Notes under the pieces: generated by a model
Told to the model about the DNA's origin: nothing
Seen by the model: only the letters and a program-made list of their open reading frames with translations
Databases searched by the model: none
Part shown: positions 38,041 to 51,576 of the stretch, piece after piece
How positions within the stretch are numbered: the stretch's first letter is position 1
Layout of the letters: each line of letters opens with the position of its first letter
Assembly: GCA_965655095.1 (NCBI GenBank)
Contig: OZ296652.1
Span: forward strand, 10,912,001 to 10,976,000
Origin: Haplodiscus bocki
Lineage: Eukaryota
DNA length: 64,000 nt
Direction: 5' to 3'
Program-made: the position numbers and the translations under genes

Positions 38041-39045
38041 GTGAGTACTGTACTATATGATGAAGTGAGGTTCAAATCCCAATAACAACCTCAATTTTTG
38101 TGCTTATCTTGGCATGAAATATCTCACTCAGGTTTTGCTTGACATAATGTGTGAACTGAACATTTGTATAATTGTTTCCCGTCAATTTATGTATGCTCAT
38201 TCATGGTGGATTACCTACATCCTTAACATAGAGAATAGAATTTAGCTAGGAAAATGTATTCATAAACTTAGAAGAACTCTTCTTTCTGGCTTTAGCAAAG
38301 TGCCTTTAAGTGATTCCCAAAGTTATTAACCTGAACTGACTAAGCAATTTTTGTCGACTTCAATAAATAAGTACCAGTTTGCTTCCAAGAACTTGTTTCA
38401 ACGGTGTATATTTCATTGAAATATTTTGTCTACGCTTAATGAGCAATATACATTACTGGTTCTCCTCAAACATCCATGGGAATAACGTGAAATAACAGAC
38501 TGGCTGCAAATGCTCTAAAATGATTTCTTCTTTTCACAAATCTTTTTTGAAGCTATCTGTTTGTGATCCTTTTGACTTTGTTTTCGTTTCTTGTGTCAAC
38601 ATAGGCTGCCATGAACCAACTAACCATCCAACTGCTGTTGAGACTACCACTACTGTTTCTGTCTTGGCCATGGTGGCACTACTCTTGGCGTGGGTGGGCT
38701 TTGTGCTCAGTTTCATATTGCAGCTTATTTGTTCTGACAGCCAAAACTCTCCTTTTAAAGATTTCTTCTTCACGCTCTACTGCACATTCCTCATACGTCA
38801 ACAATTCCAATTAAATTTTCTTAATCGAAAACCAATGACATTTATTAGTTAAACGTCCTAAATAAAAATTGTGTTGTGTAGTTTGATTTTCGTCGATTTT
38901 TAGTTTTATTTTGATCCTAATTTATCCAAATTTGACTCTTATAAAAGAAGGGACTTTAATCGGTCATATTTTAAATTACAGTTGTAGTTTGGTTTTTTGT
39001 TATATTTTGTAGGGTCATTATTGCAGTTAATGTGCTTCGTTTCAG

Positions 39046-39175
39046 AGTATCCAAAGCGGCAATGTTACCTTGTTACTCAAGCGAGAGTTAAGTTTGAGTC
39101 ACCTCAACAGTTCTTTACAAGACAGTCCTTCCAAAGCTGATCATCAGCAGCTGTCTGAAGCGAAACTTCATAACG
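39046..39175 (+). CDS. PDZ-domain gene, exon C
   Basis: TTTCAG acceptor, GTGAGT donor; SIQSGNVTLLLKRE completes the last PDZ strand; phase 0 in, phase 1 out. Confidence 0.85.
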
Positions 39176-39215
39176 GTGAGTTGATTATGTTAATTCTCTG
39201 AGAAAAAAATGTTAT

Positions 39216-40394
39216 TATTTTCCGCCCATATTTATAATATTGAAGGAAAATCATCCACTGAGAGAGGTGCGTTTCTTTGTTTTACTTTGCAATTATCCGG
39301 GCAGAATGCCCAACTTCTGAATAGAAACTTTTTATTCACCAAATTATAGCAAAGTTGCCGTAGAATGCGACAAATAGTAAGATTTCTCAAGTACGTACGA
39401 AATTTGGGTTTTTTTAGAAAAATAGATGTTTTTTTTTAAAAAAGATTGATTTTTTTTACAAAATTGGTAAATATGGCAATATTGCTATAGAATGCGTATG
39501 AAATGATATTATTTCTTAAAAATGGCTTTTACACATTCTGACTGAAAGGAGGAATGCGTGTTGGAAACCGGCTTATGCATAGTTTTTTTATCCTGTCCAA
39601 GACTTGCATTTTGTGACATCATCAGTGTCTAATCGGCTAAACAGTCAAAAAGGGCCCTTTTCGAAACATCTTGGCCAGTACTTGTTTATTTTCGTGTTCT
39701 GAAAAGTGCAAATTTTTTTTTTGAAAAATGAACAACAGTTCTGAAAGGTAATGTTTCACATAACAATGTTTTGAAGTGTGGGCTGTGTATTGAGTGTCCC
39801 CAAATATACGTTACATGTACAAATTTTGAGCTCTAAAAATCGTTAATATTTGTAAACAAGACATCGGCGATGAAAGAAAAACTTTGAAGTTGTATTGTTC
39901 ATACTCATACAGTACAGTATTGTTCATTTTTTGGCGTTGTTTGCTGTGTAGCTCTCTCTACACATTGGGCTGCAATGTAGCGAATCTAAACAGCCATTAC
40001 TGACAGATCAACTTCTGGAGCATCAGACACTGATACAGGTTCTTATTTCATTCCCTCTTTTTCAAACAAACTTTTGCAGACACCTGGGTGTAGTATTTCT
40101 AAAAGCGTCAATCATGCATCCGAAGGTTCAATAGCTCTCAGGGCCTTTGATTTGTTCAAGATCTTTGATCTCAACCGATAAGTTAGAATGTGTTGCAAAG
40201 TTCTGTGTCGCCTCTGTGTCCACCTTAATTGTGAATTTTTTTTGCAAAAAAAAGTTTATATTTGGAAGAATTAGACAATATATGAAGACAGCGTATTTTT
40301 TTTTGGAAAAAAAACAGTTTTCATCCTTTTACAAAGCATCTTTAACAAAATTAGAGGGTGGAAAATATGCCGGTGGCAGCCAGCTAACTTGTTT
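39216..40394 (+). mobile_element. DINE-1/HINE-like element interrupted by a nested insertion
   Basis: subTIRs tattttccgccc (39216-27) and gggtggaaaata (40356-67), decayed hairpin gccggtggcagccagc, terminal cttgttt; internal ttgc(c/t)(g/a)tagaatgcg repeats. Confidence 0.7.
39531..40219. mobile_element. Nested non-autonomous element with asymmetric inverted repeat
   Basis: acacattctgact at the left end versus agttagaatgtgt ~27 bp inside the right end (12/13 match); host reads ggctttt|ccaccttaattgtg across it. Confidence 0.5.
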
Positions 40395-41575
40395 CATTTG
40401 AAGTCAGATATATTGACCGAATTTTTTGACAGTTCTGTCCTACCATGTCAAATGCTGTATCAAACCTTGATCGTGAATAATTGTTTGAAAAAAGTTTGAA
40501 ATACGTCAGCTACAAAGTTTCTTACAATTCTAGTTTACAATGTTCTGCTTATATCTTCATGGCTACCATTGCAAATGTTGGAGATATCAATTTTCCCATG
40601 ATTTTGTTGCCGATTAGTCTTTTTCATATCGAAGGCGAAAGATATTATAGGTACGCTGACTTTTCCGGACCACCACCCTTTGTCGCGGATACCTCGCTAA
40701 GTGAGGTTATGTGACTTGTTCAGGTACATTTGAATTTAAGTACATATTAAGTATTATGTTTATTTGCGCAACGTGCTTTTTGTACATTGTGAGTTCCACG
40801 TTTCGCCGAGAATCCGTTTGAAGATAGTTTTTGCTATTGCTGAAAATAAGGATTTTTCCGGTTAATACAGAAACGTTACAACTTTTAGGCTCTACTCTCG
40901 TTATATTAAATGTAGGTTGCAGTCCGAATATCTTTCGACTTGTTTTCTTATGGAAGAAGCTTGAAAATCTAGGTATTCTTCGCTGTTCGAAAATACTTAG
41001 GCAGTTTTAAGCACTAAATCCAATCTCTCCGATTTACCTAACTTTTTCGTCGACATAAAATAGAAGCTCCAATCGATCACATACTAAATTTTGGTTGCGG
41101 TGCAGTACTTCTACAAGTTTTTTTGGTGGAAGAATCTTGGAAGTTGAGCTATTTTTCGTTTTAAGGAAATATTCCGCTTTTTTGGTTTCTTTTGAACTTT
41201 GTCTTGAATATCTCAGACTGCTTTAAAAAGGCAATGAAATTCCGGAGTTTCGTGTGCACTCTAGTTTTCCCCTTCATTTTTTCAACACTACTTGAGGAAT
41301 TTGTTATTGCGTTGAAGATTGAATTGAGCAACCTCAGAAAAGTTTTTCATTTCGTAAAATTGAAGTCTCGGAAAGATGCAACCTTCACTTCCAGTTCACA
41401 TCTGAATGGAGAATTTCCGGAAGTAGTGTTAGAAATAATCGTAAAAAATTTACTTCGCGGATCAATTGGAAGCAAATTAATAAAATATGGATGGTTAGAA
41501 ACAGTCATTATCAATGAATATTAATATTATTAATGGAAAGAGCATCAATTTCGACAACTAGTACAATGACATTCT

Positions 41576-41615
41576 AACAAGCCGAGAAAGGCGAAAGTCA
41601 GAGACGGCCGTAAGG
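41576..41615 (-). repeat. HINE-like terminus
   Basis: aacaagccgagaaaggc: AACAAG plus a short hairpin, as in other family members. Confidence 0.45.
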
Positions 41616-42961
41616 CTAAAAATGTCCTTGGGGAGACTGCTAGTTTGAAAGAATTGGCATTTTTTGACGCATACGTTAGTAAATTTTTTTATGCTGGACG
41701 TTTTTGCGGTAATTATGGTTTATGGAAGGCCCTAAGTTTTTCCAATTATAGAATTGTTATGGTCGAATTTTTTGAAGGATGACCTTAGTGGTTGAATTTT
41801 TGTATAGTTTTTTGCATCTGCGAGAACTATCTGTAGGGTATCAGGAGAAAATTTTGGAACTAAGGTCCAAAATTTCCCAATTTTTTTGTTTGGTCTTCGA
41901 CTTTTTGAGATTTTTCTGTTTTTGCCTCAGCGAATTTCTTGGTGGTACTGTTGTATGTTATCTGGCAGGTTTTTGGTACGTTCTACAGCTATGGGGTACG
42001 CCAGTAGTCAAGCCGTAAAGATTTGGCGCAACGAAGAAATGTCGTATGCAGTCAGTTTTTCCGTCAAGGAAAACTTAGACTCAATAGTTCAAAAATCGAT
42101 AATAGTCGGGCTTTTCAGTGAAATTGTGAAATTACTAAAGCGCCTATTGAAAAACTACAGGAAACATTCAAAGCCAAGTTTTCTCAAAGACCGTCAAACG
42201 AACGATAAATTTCTTTTTAAAGAAATCCAAGGTCGAGTTGAAAATAACCAGGCCAATTTTGGAAGTTAATTGCTCATTTTCACAAAAATAGCTGGCATGC
42301 TACCGACATTTGTTGCATTCAGATACGAAGCCGAGAGCGGCCAATTTCATCTTTCCTTCGAGAATTTTCCGTCACAGAACCAGATCATTCTTCGAGAGTT
42401 AATAGCAGATTGGAACAGGATTCAATCCTAATTATGGCGTGCACGCAAGCTCTCTCATTTGTATTACTGTTGAAACACCACTTCAGGCAGGTAATTTGAA
42501 GTCTATTTATGTTTTAAAGCTACAAATAGATGGACTCCAAACTGAAGTATTGAGAGAATTATTTTTTTAATTGAGTAAACACTTGTTTAGTAGATTTATG
42601 GAGCAGGGAAGAAATCTTTTCATGAAATGTAATATCATGGTACATTTCAATATTTGTTTCGATATGCAGCTATCTCAAGAAAAAAATTCTCAATTTTTCC
42701 ATCATTCATTTCGTCAGTTGCGGTTTTGTCATTCAGGAAGCTCTTGGCTTCAAGTTCGAAGTTTTTGGACCATAAGTGTAATATTTTCATTTTTTCATCA
42801 TGAAAGTGCATTCCATTTTTCGGTGGTTAACGTGGATAAAATTAAAGAATCAAACTCATTCGTGATTGATACGGGGGGGGGGGGCGCTATAATGATATTA
42901 CTTTGAGATCCCTTGGCATAGAGGAAGTAGTTTGGGTATTCGACATGGTCGCAAAGCCCCT

Positions 42962-43210
42962 TCATGACATCATAAAGAGCAATTGTCCCAAAGCGATACC
43001 TTGCTCTACGTCGGAGGTAACTCGTGATATCTCTGACAATCTATTGTTGAGTTTGACGCATTGAAATCTGTTGCTCAAGTAACTTTGCAGAATTGTTAAA
43101 AATATAACTTGGAGGGAAAACTTGAGTCTACATGAAACTCTTGGTGATTTTTTTCCATTTTTGAGAAACTTTTTCGAAAAAGCCAACGTGAAGAATCTTG
43201 GAGTCAATGC
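42962..43210 (-). pseudogene. LINE reverse transcriptase fragment
   Basis: ILQSYLSNRFQCVKLN...VTSDVEQGIALGQLLF, a decayed SGVPQGSxLGPLLF. Confidence 0.75.
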
Positions 43211-43303
43211 ATTTTAATTGGAACTCTAAGGTTTCCAGAATTCAATTTTATGTCTTGACTAGTCTGACTAACGTATGTCTTCACCGTACTTGAAGTATGA
43301 GAG

Positions 43304-44494
43304 AACAAGTCGGCCGGCTAGCACCGGCATATTTTTCGCCCAACTACAAATATTTTGATCAACTTTTGCAAACGGTTAAAAACAAAACAACTGTTTTGAT
43401 ATTAGTTTTCAAAGAGTTTTTACAAACATCAATTCGACCACTGATTTCTGTACTTTATGCAAAAGGCTATCACGATTTTCCGTTGAAAAATTTTTGTCTC
43501 TGTACCAAAAAATTTCGTCGAGGAACCTTTCTGTGTTTCAGAAAATTTCTGGTACCGAAAAAGGTTAGGGATAAGAGAGGGGGCGGGTATCACGATTTTC
43601 TGTCAAAATTGTTTTGTCTCACAGTACCGAAAAACTTCGTAGGGGAACCCTTCTGTGCTGTGTTTCAGAAAATTTCCGGTAGCGAAAAAGTTTATGGATA
43701 AGAAGGGGGGAGTATCAAGATTTTCCGTCGAAAATTTTTTGTCTCACAGTGCCAAAAATTTTCGTAGGGGAACCCTTCTATTCTGTGTTTCAGAAAATTT
43801 CCGGTGGCCAAAAAGTTTATGGATAAGAGGGGGGAGTATCAAGATTTTCCGTCGAAAATTTTTTGTCTCACAGTGCCGAAAAATTTCGTAGGGGAACTCT
43901 TTAGGGTGTCACAGATTTCGGGTATCGAACAATTTTATGCTTTAGAAGGTTATGTCACGATTTTCCGTCGAAAATTTTTTGTCTCACAGTGCCGAAAAAT
44001 GCCGTAGGGGAACCCTTTAGTCTTTCATTAATTTCGGGCATCGAAAAAGTTTGGATTGGGGGGGGAGTGTCAAGATTTTCCGTCGAAAATTTCTTGTCTC
44101 ACAGTGCCGAAAAATTTCTAGGGGAACCCTTCTGTGCTTTGTTTCAGAAAATGTCCGGTAGCGAAAAAGTTTATGGATAAGAGGGGGGGGGGAGTATCAA
44201 GATTTTCCGTCGAAAATTTTTTGTCTCGCAGTGCCAAAAGTTTTCGTAGGAACCCCGTAGTGTTTCACTAGTTTCGGGTATCGAAAAATGTTAGGGATAA
44301 ATCGTAAAATTTTTTGGCAGGGCAGTTACTCGAACCCCGAACCTACTGCTTGAGAACCTTGTTGTCACACGCCTACCGCTGTCATTTATTTTTGAATAAA
44401 AAGAGTTGGCAGTTTTGGTCAGATAAAAAAAACGAAAAACGACCCTACTGAATGAATAATCTTTCTTGTATATTTTATATACGTCGAAAAATAA
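43304..44494 (-). mobile_element. Complete DINE-1/HINE-like element with ~7 x ~120-bp tandem repeats and a tRNA-like cassette
   Basis: aacaag 43304, hairpin gccgg-ctagca-ccggc 43313-28, subTIR tatttttcg inverted against cgaaaaata at 44485-93; satellite core gattttccgtcgaaaattttttgtctcacagtgccgaaaa; minus-strand B box-like ggttcgag near 44330. Confidence 0.78.
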
Positions 44495-46410
44495 TAATGT
44501 AGTAATCGGTCAACGTGTGCTTCATTGTTGATATTGATATTAATGGAGAAGACGCTAACGTTTAAATTTTTTTCGAACCATCAAACTACGTCGCCGAAAC
44601 TTCTGCCTCACTTCACTTAGTGAGGTTACGTCAGCTTATTAGCTCATTATTGCGTAAATTCATACTTCACTTGTACGGACAGTCATACTTTACACACTGT
44701 CCGGCAAAAATAACTGTCAGTTACATTTCGGGAAGAGTGAATTTCGAAATCCCAAGTTTTGTCTAGAAACTTCTTCGAATAGTAAATTTTTCTGAGAATT
44801 TAAAGTCGTTTATATTGATGTTTCATTTGAGAGCGATGCAATTATTTGAGCTGTTATGCTGCCCTCGTTTTAACTGGTTTTCGAACGTTTATTTTTCGCC
44901 GAGAATCTGTTCACATACAGGACAGATCGGAACCCTTTATTGCAGTTATGAATCCCTAAAACTTGTAACTCTCTTGGATATCTCCAAAAAAGGAACGGTT
45001 GAATAGCTATGGAACCTAATGTAAACTGAAAATTTGTGATATACTTTATCTTTGTTCATGGAGACTGAGTTGTCAATTCAATTCGTGTTTCACAGTTTTC
45101 ATGATTTTGATGGATTCGGTTTTCCGGAATTTTAGCTTTCAAATACGTTAACGTTATGGTTTACAGTGATTTGAAATTCGAACTCAGGTAAGAGCCTTTT
45201 CTGTCATACTTGAATCGCTCTCGGAAATACTTTACCGGAACCATGGAATGAATATTGACTAAATGCCATTCTTATTGCATCCATTGTTAGGTTCAACTGT
45301 GCTTTATTGTGATGGTAAAATTTCAATATACGACATTATAGATTATATGTTACTGCAACATACCTAGCATAATTACGTCATATGCAATCTTATGTAATCT
45401 TCTTTTGACATGTGCATGATGTAAGGTACATTATTTTTAATCCGGTTTTCCACATAGCGGGACCTCGAAGGAACGGGGTTGCGTAAGACCCCATCGATTT
45501 ATGCACTGTTGAAATTTTGGCTCTTGGTAGAATTTACTTCAAAATGAATCGTTACTTTTTCACTAGCAGTCTAGAAATGAATCTGTCGAGAATTGAGACT
45601 CCTTTCGGAATGCTTTCTGTCTGGAATTGTGGCGCTTCAGCATTGCGTGAATTCTGTCAAATCTTGCGTTCCAGCTTCAGTAGATATTTTATACTCTACC
45701 AAAAATTTGCTCTAAATACATCCTCGATTATTGAGAGAAAGTTTATAAGTAAAGCTGAATGGGTTTACATTATTGCACCATGGTACAATTGTCCTATTTT
45801 GCATCCTGTGCAATCACTGAGTAAGTTAAACAATAAGCGACGTTAATTACAAACACACCTAGCCAAACGTTTATATCGCTAATTCACATATCGGACTGAT
45901 CAAAACATTCTCTGCTAATGCACCGTAATCTTACCAATACTGTATTTTTGCACGATGAATCACGCTCGCCGCCAGAAAAGAAGTTACAAATAGCGAATAA
46001 TTTGAATATTGCTGCTAAACAAAAAACATTGAAAAGCGCCGCATTTTTGTTAGCTATTTATTATTGGTCATCGGTTCAAAGGACAATACATCTCTTTAGT
46101 TCATGTTGAAAAATTGCATCTTAGCTGTCATCGTCAAAATTTGCGTCAAATTTTAGACAAGTTATTTTGATCAAGTTATGAGATTATTTTAATGAATTAT
46201 TGTCTTCAAATAGACGCGACGAAAACGTGTTGAATTATTTTATTTCTCTTTGAGTTGAGTGTCAGCAAGTCAAGTTATCAATAACTCCACTCCGATCGTT
46301 ATTAATCGGGTTTTTCGGGGCTTGTTGTAATCAGATTTATTCCATTCGTGCCTGATAATCCGTTCCAGTAAGTTCATTCTTTGATTTTTTGTTTTCACCT
46401 CTTGAGAAGG

Positions 46411-46930
46411 AAACAAGAGGCGCAGCAGCACTGCGATATAATTGCAAAATATGGGCATCCTATGGTGCGAAGAGGCACCCTCTTACCACAGTTACTACAA
46501 TTTTGGACAAAACTGGTATTCTCAAAAATGATTTTCAGACGACTATTGGTAGAAAAAGGTTCTGTAAAATTTATAATTTTCGGGACTTTTAGCAAAATAT
46601 TTTCGGCAGTGTGTTCAAAACTGCATTCTGCGTCTCCAGAGGAACTCTTGCGATTTTTTTGGAAACATATAAGTTTATATTTTCCTCGGATTTTGAGCCT
46701 AAAATTTTTGACAGGGTCTTCAAAACTGCATTCCACATGTCCAGAGGAACATTTTGGGGGAAAAATCCCAAAATTATTTTTTCATACTGTCAGCGCAAAA
46801 TTTTCCAAATTTGAGCGTAAAAATTGGACTTCTTTAACATTACTGTATTGTACGTGTCCAGAGGAACATTTTAAGGAAGAAATCTTTCGGAATATATTCA
46901 CTAAAATTCGTACCAAGGTATTTTTTTCTA
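46411..46930 (-). mobile_element. HINE-like element of another subfamily with three tandem units
   Basis: aaacaagagg plus hairpin cgcag-cagca-ctgcg; repeated caaaactgcattc...tccagaggaac near 46617, 46721 and 46845. Confidence 0.6.
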
Positions 46931-47819
46931 GTGCTCAGATATATCGATAATGCATTCTGTTGCTATCCTAAACGAGCCATTGTCCCGTGTATGGAGCATA
47001 TTTTTTTTTCAATTTTGATGTGATATCTTTGGACTGCAAAATACACTGGAGCTCCGTATTACTTTGTTGCGAGCTGGCATGTTTCCGGCCGTTGCAAATT
47101 TGAAAACTATTTGGACAGTGCTGTCATTTACGTGTTTTATGATACGTCTGAGTTGAGTGAAAATTTATGAAATTTGCCCATGAAAATTCGTTCGCTCATT
47201 TCTGAGCATGAGATCTAAAGTAACTGATCTCACCTGCACCAAGTGTTACCGACAAATCTAATGCGTTAGAATCCAATAGTACCACACTTACTACGCGAAG
47301 CCAAAGACCTCCAGAAAAAGACTAACACTCTGAAGGAGACGCATGGCTACATGGGCTCATCAGACCAAAAGGATAGCTTGTCAATAGACTTTTCAAAGTC
47401 GCTGTAGTCTTTGAGAGAATTAAGCTTCAAACATTTTTCCCTCATTTTTTAGATTTTCTCGAAAAGAGATTGACCTATTAAGGGTTAAGAGGACCGGATA
47501 TATATCAGATCATCCGAAGTATACTTACTTTTAGAACTTTACATGCCATGACGCGTATCAATGAGCCCGATTATTGGTAACTTATCGCTTTTTTGAATCC
47601 GTGTGAAAAAAGATTTGATCGGTTTCAGTGGCTTCTGAAATCAGCAAATGTTTCTGTAACTATGAGACTCTTGCACGGCAACCGCAAATTTTTCGGCAAT
47701 ATGAGACAAAGAAACAAGTGAGTAAAAAAGTGATTTTTTTGTACATAAGGATTATTAGCGCCAACCAAAGCTTTCAATATGTCAAAGGCCTACGCCAAAA
47801 ATTATTTATAAGACGTAAG

Positions 47820-47853
47820 GACCGGGCCGACACCTGCCGTTCTCGGTTGGTTA
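47820..47853 (+). repeat. HINE-like 3' terminus (decayed)
   Basis: gccgacacctgccgttctcggttggtt resembles the subTIR-hairpin-cttgtt end. Confidence 0.4.
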
Positions 47854-50800
47854 TTCGGTATTTGTTTTAGTTGCTTGAACTTTTTTCGCTCACAGGAACA
47901 TAACAACGACCAGAGTGAGAGTAGTCTAGATACTTAATTTTTGGGGCCTCCTGATGTGCTTAACATTCTTCCCGAATATTTTTGCTTAACAAATATCGTC
48001 TCTATTAGTATTCGATCACCAACGGTAGATGCTAAGTAATTTATTTTCTCTTCAATAATGCTAAGTAACTCAATTGACTTTTCTATAGATGTAATGTGAA
48101 GGAAATTTTGCTTCCCAGTTCATATTTTGTTACAACGTCATTTTGCGTCAGTTTTTAACATCAATATAAATGTTCTAATTGTTCTAACACCGGCTTCGTA
48201 GGCTACGCAGCGTCCTAAATAGTTGCGAACGTCTACTTAATAGGCTCCAATCGCCGCCACCCGCTTCCAGCTGTTCAGACCCATACACCTCCACGGCTTG
48301 AAATCAGAGGCCGAAAATCGCCATTTATTCGCCGAAAGACATTTATATCCCGTAACTGACTGTATATATCAAAAAACCGAGCACATCATGATGAATTACT
48401 TTTAAAAATTTTTCCAACCTTTTTACAAAGATGTATGGGCCAACATTTTTAGGTGAAAAAGTGCGTGTTATAATTTTGAGCAAAAAAAAAAGAAGTACCT
48501 TTTTTTCTCCAATTTTCGAAGTCTCATTTCTCCATGAATAGTGCACAATCCAGGTTTAATTTTTACCGCACCAAACCCTGGTTATGGTCAATCTATGTTG
48601 ACAATTTCATGGCAATCGGATCAATAGAGCAGATTTTAGAGAGTTTTGTTGCAGGGTGATTCCTGTTTTTCAAATAATTCCAAACATCAGAAATTCATAT
48701 TTAATCAGCAAATAGATCAATTCGGATGGTTGAGGGCTTGAACGAAAGCTATGAATGAGATCTTTCAGCTTGTCGAGCCTGAGCTTGATCGCATTTGGAA
48801 AAGTGAAGTGCCAAAAGGAACATTTGTTCACTGAAATACCAGAAAGCCGGTTTCTCAGAAAATCTTCCGGACTTTAACCCACCCACCCCCCCCCCCAATG
48901 ATTGTATTGGGAGTTTCAGGGAGACTCAGCTCACTAATGTGAACTAGATGATACGTTCCAAAAAGTGATCGACCAAATTATTGATATCGGTCCTCATTTT
49001 TGAGAAATGGGCATTTGATCTCCGGTTATACCAGAAAATCATTGCTTCCGAAAATGGCCCCAAAAGTACTTCAAATTGACGGGAAAAATCCAACACCCCA
49101 ATTATTGCTTGTATTCGCCAGGAACAAATTGTCAGCTTTTAGAAAATGAAACCCGAAGCTTCTAGGTGGCTTGGAAGTGCAGAAAATTGATTTTACTTGA
49201 GTTAGTAACTATGAGATGAGGAAAAATGTCAAAATCTTGTCTTTTCAACCACAAATTTCTGGGTGATCTCCATGTCATGTCAGAGAATATTGGTCTCTCA
49301 AAATTCAAACACTGCATGAGCATGTCCAGGCAGTCGTAGTCTTCTTTTGCGATTTATTCGATCAAAAAATGTCAGCTCATTGAATTTTTAATTAGACAGG
49401 GAGTCAAAAAATGGACCGATAAACTCGAAACAGCAATGCGAACTCTTAGTCACTTTTTTTTACTTTTTGAGGCTCGAAAACAAAAGAGACTATCTAATGA
49501 GCTCTTTGGAGGGGAAGGAAGCATGATAAGTGACAAATGTGACAACCCCTCAAAAGGAAACAAAATCCCAGGTGTTCAACATGCTCTGTTTATTTTAACC
49601 ACAAAACTAATCAATTCTGGTCAATTTTCCCATTTTAAAAACGTTTTTCAGCGATTTCGTTCAATTAGAAGGGATTTTCTCCCCGCCAAGCTGACAGTTT
49701 TATTGACTTTTCGATATCTCTGAGTGGTCTGTCGTTTTTATGATACTCGCATGCATGTAACGATGAGTGATTTTAAAAAACGCAACCGCAACCTTCTGGG
49801 TGATCAAAGCACAATTTATATAATTGAGTCACGTGTGCGTGCGTGAGCAAACCATGGAAAGGGAACGTATGATTTAGAGAGGGGACAACGTGCTTCTGGA
49901 CGGTCGGTTCAATAACGAAGGAAAACCGTGTCTTTGCCGCACTTTTTTCGTTTCTCAATTTCATTGAATTTATTTTATCCTCTCACTGATAAAGGAAATT
50001 CAATAAAACTAAGTTTTTGCTGAGTTTTGAAGAAATTCCAGTTGCTTTTGGACTAGAAGTTCAGGGAGCGATCTTTGGAACATGGAGTTTTCGTTGAAGT
50101 TTATCTTGAGTTTGTTGCTCCTTATCAGACTGGTAAAATGAATCCAGTATAAGAAAGCATAAATTTGGGATCTACTACACCTTTCTGATATTCTTCTAGT
50201 GTGCCCAGCTCGCTCCAGTGAGGAATCTTCTGAGAAAGTTGCAAAGGATACCTCTGTAGAACCTGTATTCTGGAAATAGTTTGGAGAACCAGCGCGAGAA
50301 AAAGAGCAGATAGCAGTTTCATAGAAAATTTATGTTCGCATGTAATTTGCTGTTTATTTTGTTCCACCGTGTATTCTTTTGCAGTAATGATATGGAGAAG
50401 AACTAGTTCTTTGTAAAGATGGCAGAACAAAAGGTATAAATTGAAGTTTTTGGTCAAAACTGGTGGAGTTTTTGTCTAGTAGCTTGAAAAGAATTGGATT
50501 TTGCAATGAGAGCAACAAAAGCAACAAGGTCCTGCCTGGTTTAGGAGATAACCAAGTTCTGATCTTGTCAGAAAGCCAATCAATGGTACGCGATAGGACC
50601 CATCAAACCTATTCAGTGTATAACTTTTCTGTTGATCACCTGGCCTCCCTTCTACCTGGTGTCGGAGGTGTGTACGCACTTAATTGGGTGAGTTTGAGGA
50701 AGGCGTAGTTGCAAAAATGCAGATTTTTAAAACAACACCTTAATTGAAGCCAAATTTTGTACACTGTGATTCAAAGTGATTCAATTGTTTGCATAATATT

Positions 50801-51060
50801 TTCTGCCTTGAATCTATATAGCGTATTTGATAGAAATGTATCCGCGATCGAATTGAAGCTGCAATCGAATTCAAGCCGCAGAAAAAGTCGTTAGAAAATC
50901 TCAGAGGCCGCACACGAATGAAAGCCGTGACCAAAACTTGGTTTGAGACAGTTGAATTCCGCCCCCAAAGTGTTGAATAGTCATAGAATGCAATACTTGA
51001 AACATGACTTCGCATTAACGGTTATTAATTGTAATCTTGACGTAGTCAAAGCGGATTCAT

Positions 51061-51172
51061 TTAACCCCGGTGAAATTTTCCATGAGGTGGTGTAGTTAGA
51101 TACCCTAGGTTTTTGCGACTGACCGCATTCGATTTAAACTTTGGTGCCAAAAATACTACAAGCCGGGGTTAA
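51061..51172. mobile_element. piggyBac-like MITE (104 bp between TTAA sites)
   Basis: TTAA|ccccgg ... ccgggg|TTAA, with an internal imperfect inverted repeat tgtagt/actaca. Confidence 0.6.
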
Positions 51173-51544
51173 AATTCGCGTAAATGCGGTGTTAAGTCTG
51201 TTTACGTGAAAGTTTTCGACTGGACTACTTACTTAACGCTAGCATCCTTCAAACCTGTATGTTTTAGCCGGTACTTTTTATGTATACTTACTATGAAATT
51301 ACCAAATGTTCATGCATCAATTAAATTCAGGACCAGGAATGCGAAAGCAACGTTCAATAAGAAATATTTGAACTTTTGAGTTTCACAGGCAGTGCTTATT
51401 GTAGCAGAGGGCACCGTACAAAATTTTGGGCACTGAGAACTTCTTGACAGATGAAACATATCCTTGATGTGTTCTGTTTTCGTTGCGGAAATCAAATCTT
51501 TTCTCATAGCAAGAGGTCATCTATGCATATTTATGTCTTACGGG

Positions 51545-51576
51545 AGGCGCCAACTTGGTTCGTTCCTGGCTTGTTT
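51545..51576 (+). repeat. HINE-like 3' terminus
   Basis: ggcgccaacttggttcgttcctggcttgttt, same subTIR as 34335. Confidence 0.55.

Noticed and set aside
38520-38852. Transmembrane-like 110-aa ORF in the PDZ intron
   Set aside because: No motif, no compatible splice sites; exons B and C join directly in phase.
43297-44180. ORFs of 63-134 aa in the satellite (also 46381-46950, 54556-55036, 59262-59606)
   Set aside because: Translations of tandem repeats or non-autonomous elements; no protein motifs.
43470-44300. CRISPR-like periodicity of repeats
   Set aside because: Intervening segments are related to each other, the period is ~120 bp, there are no cas genes and the context is eukaryotic: a tandem repeat.
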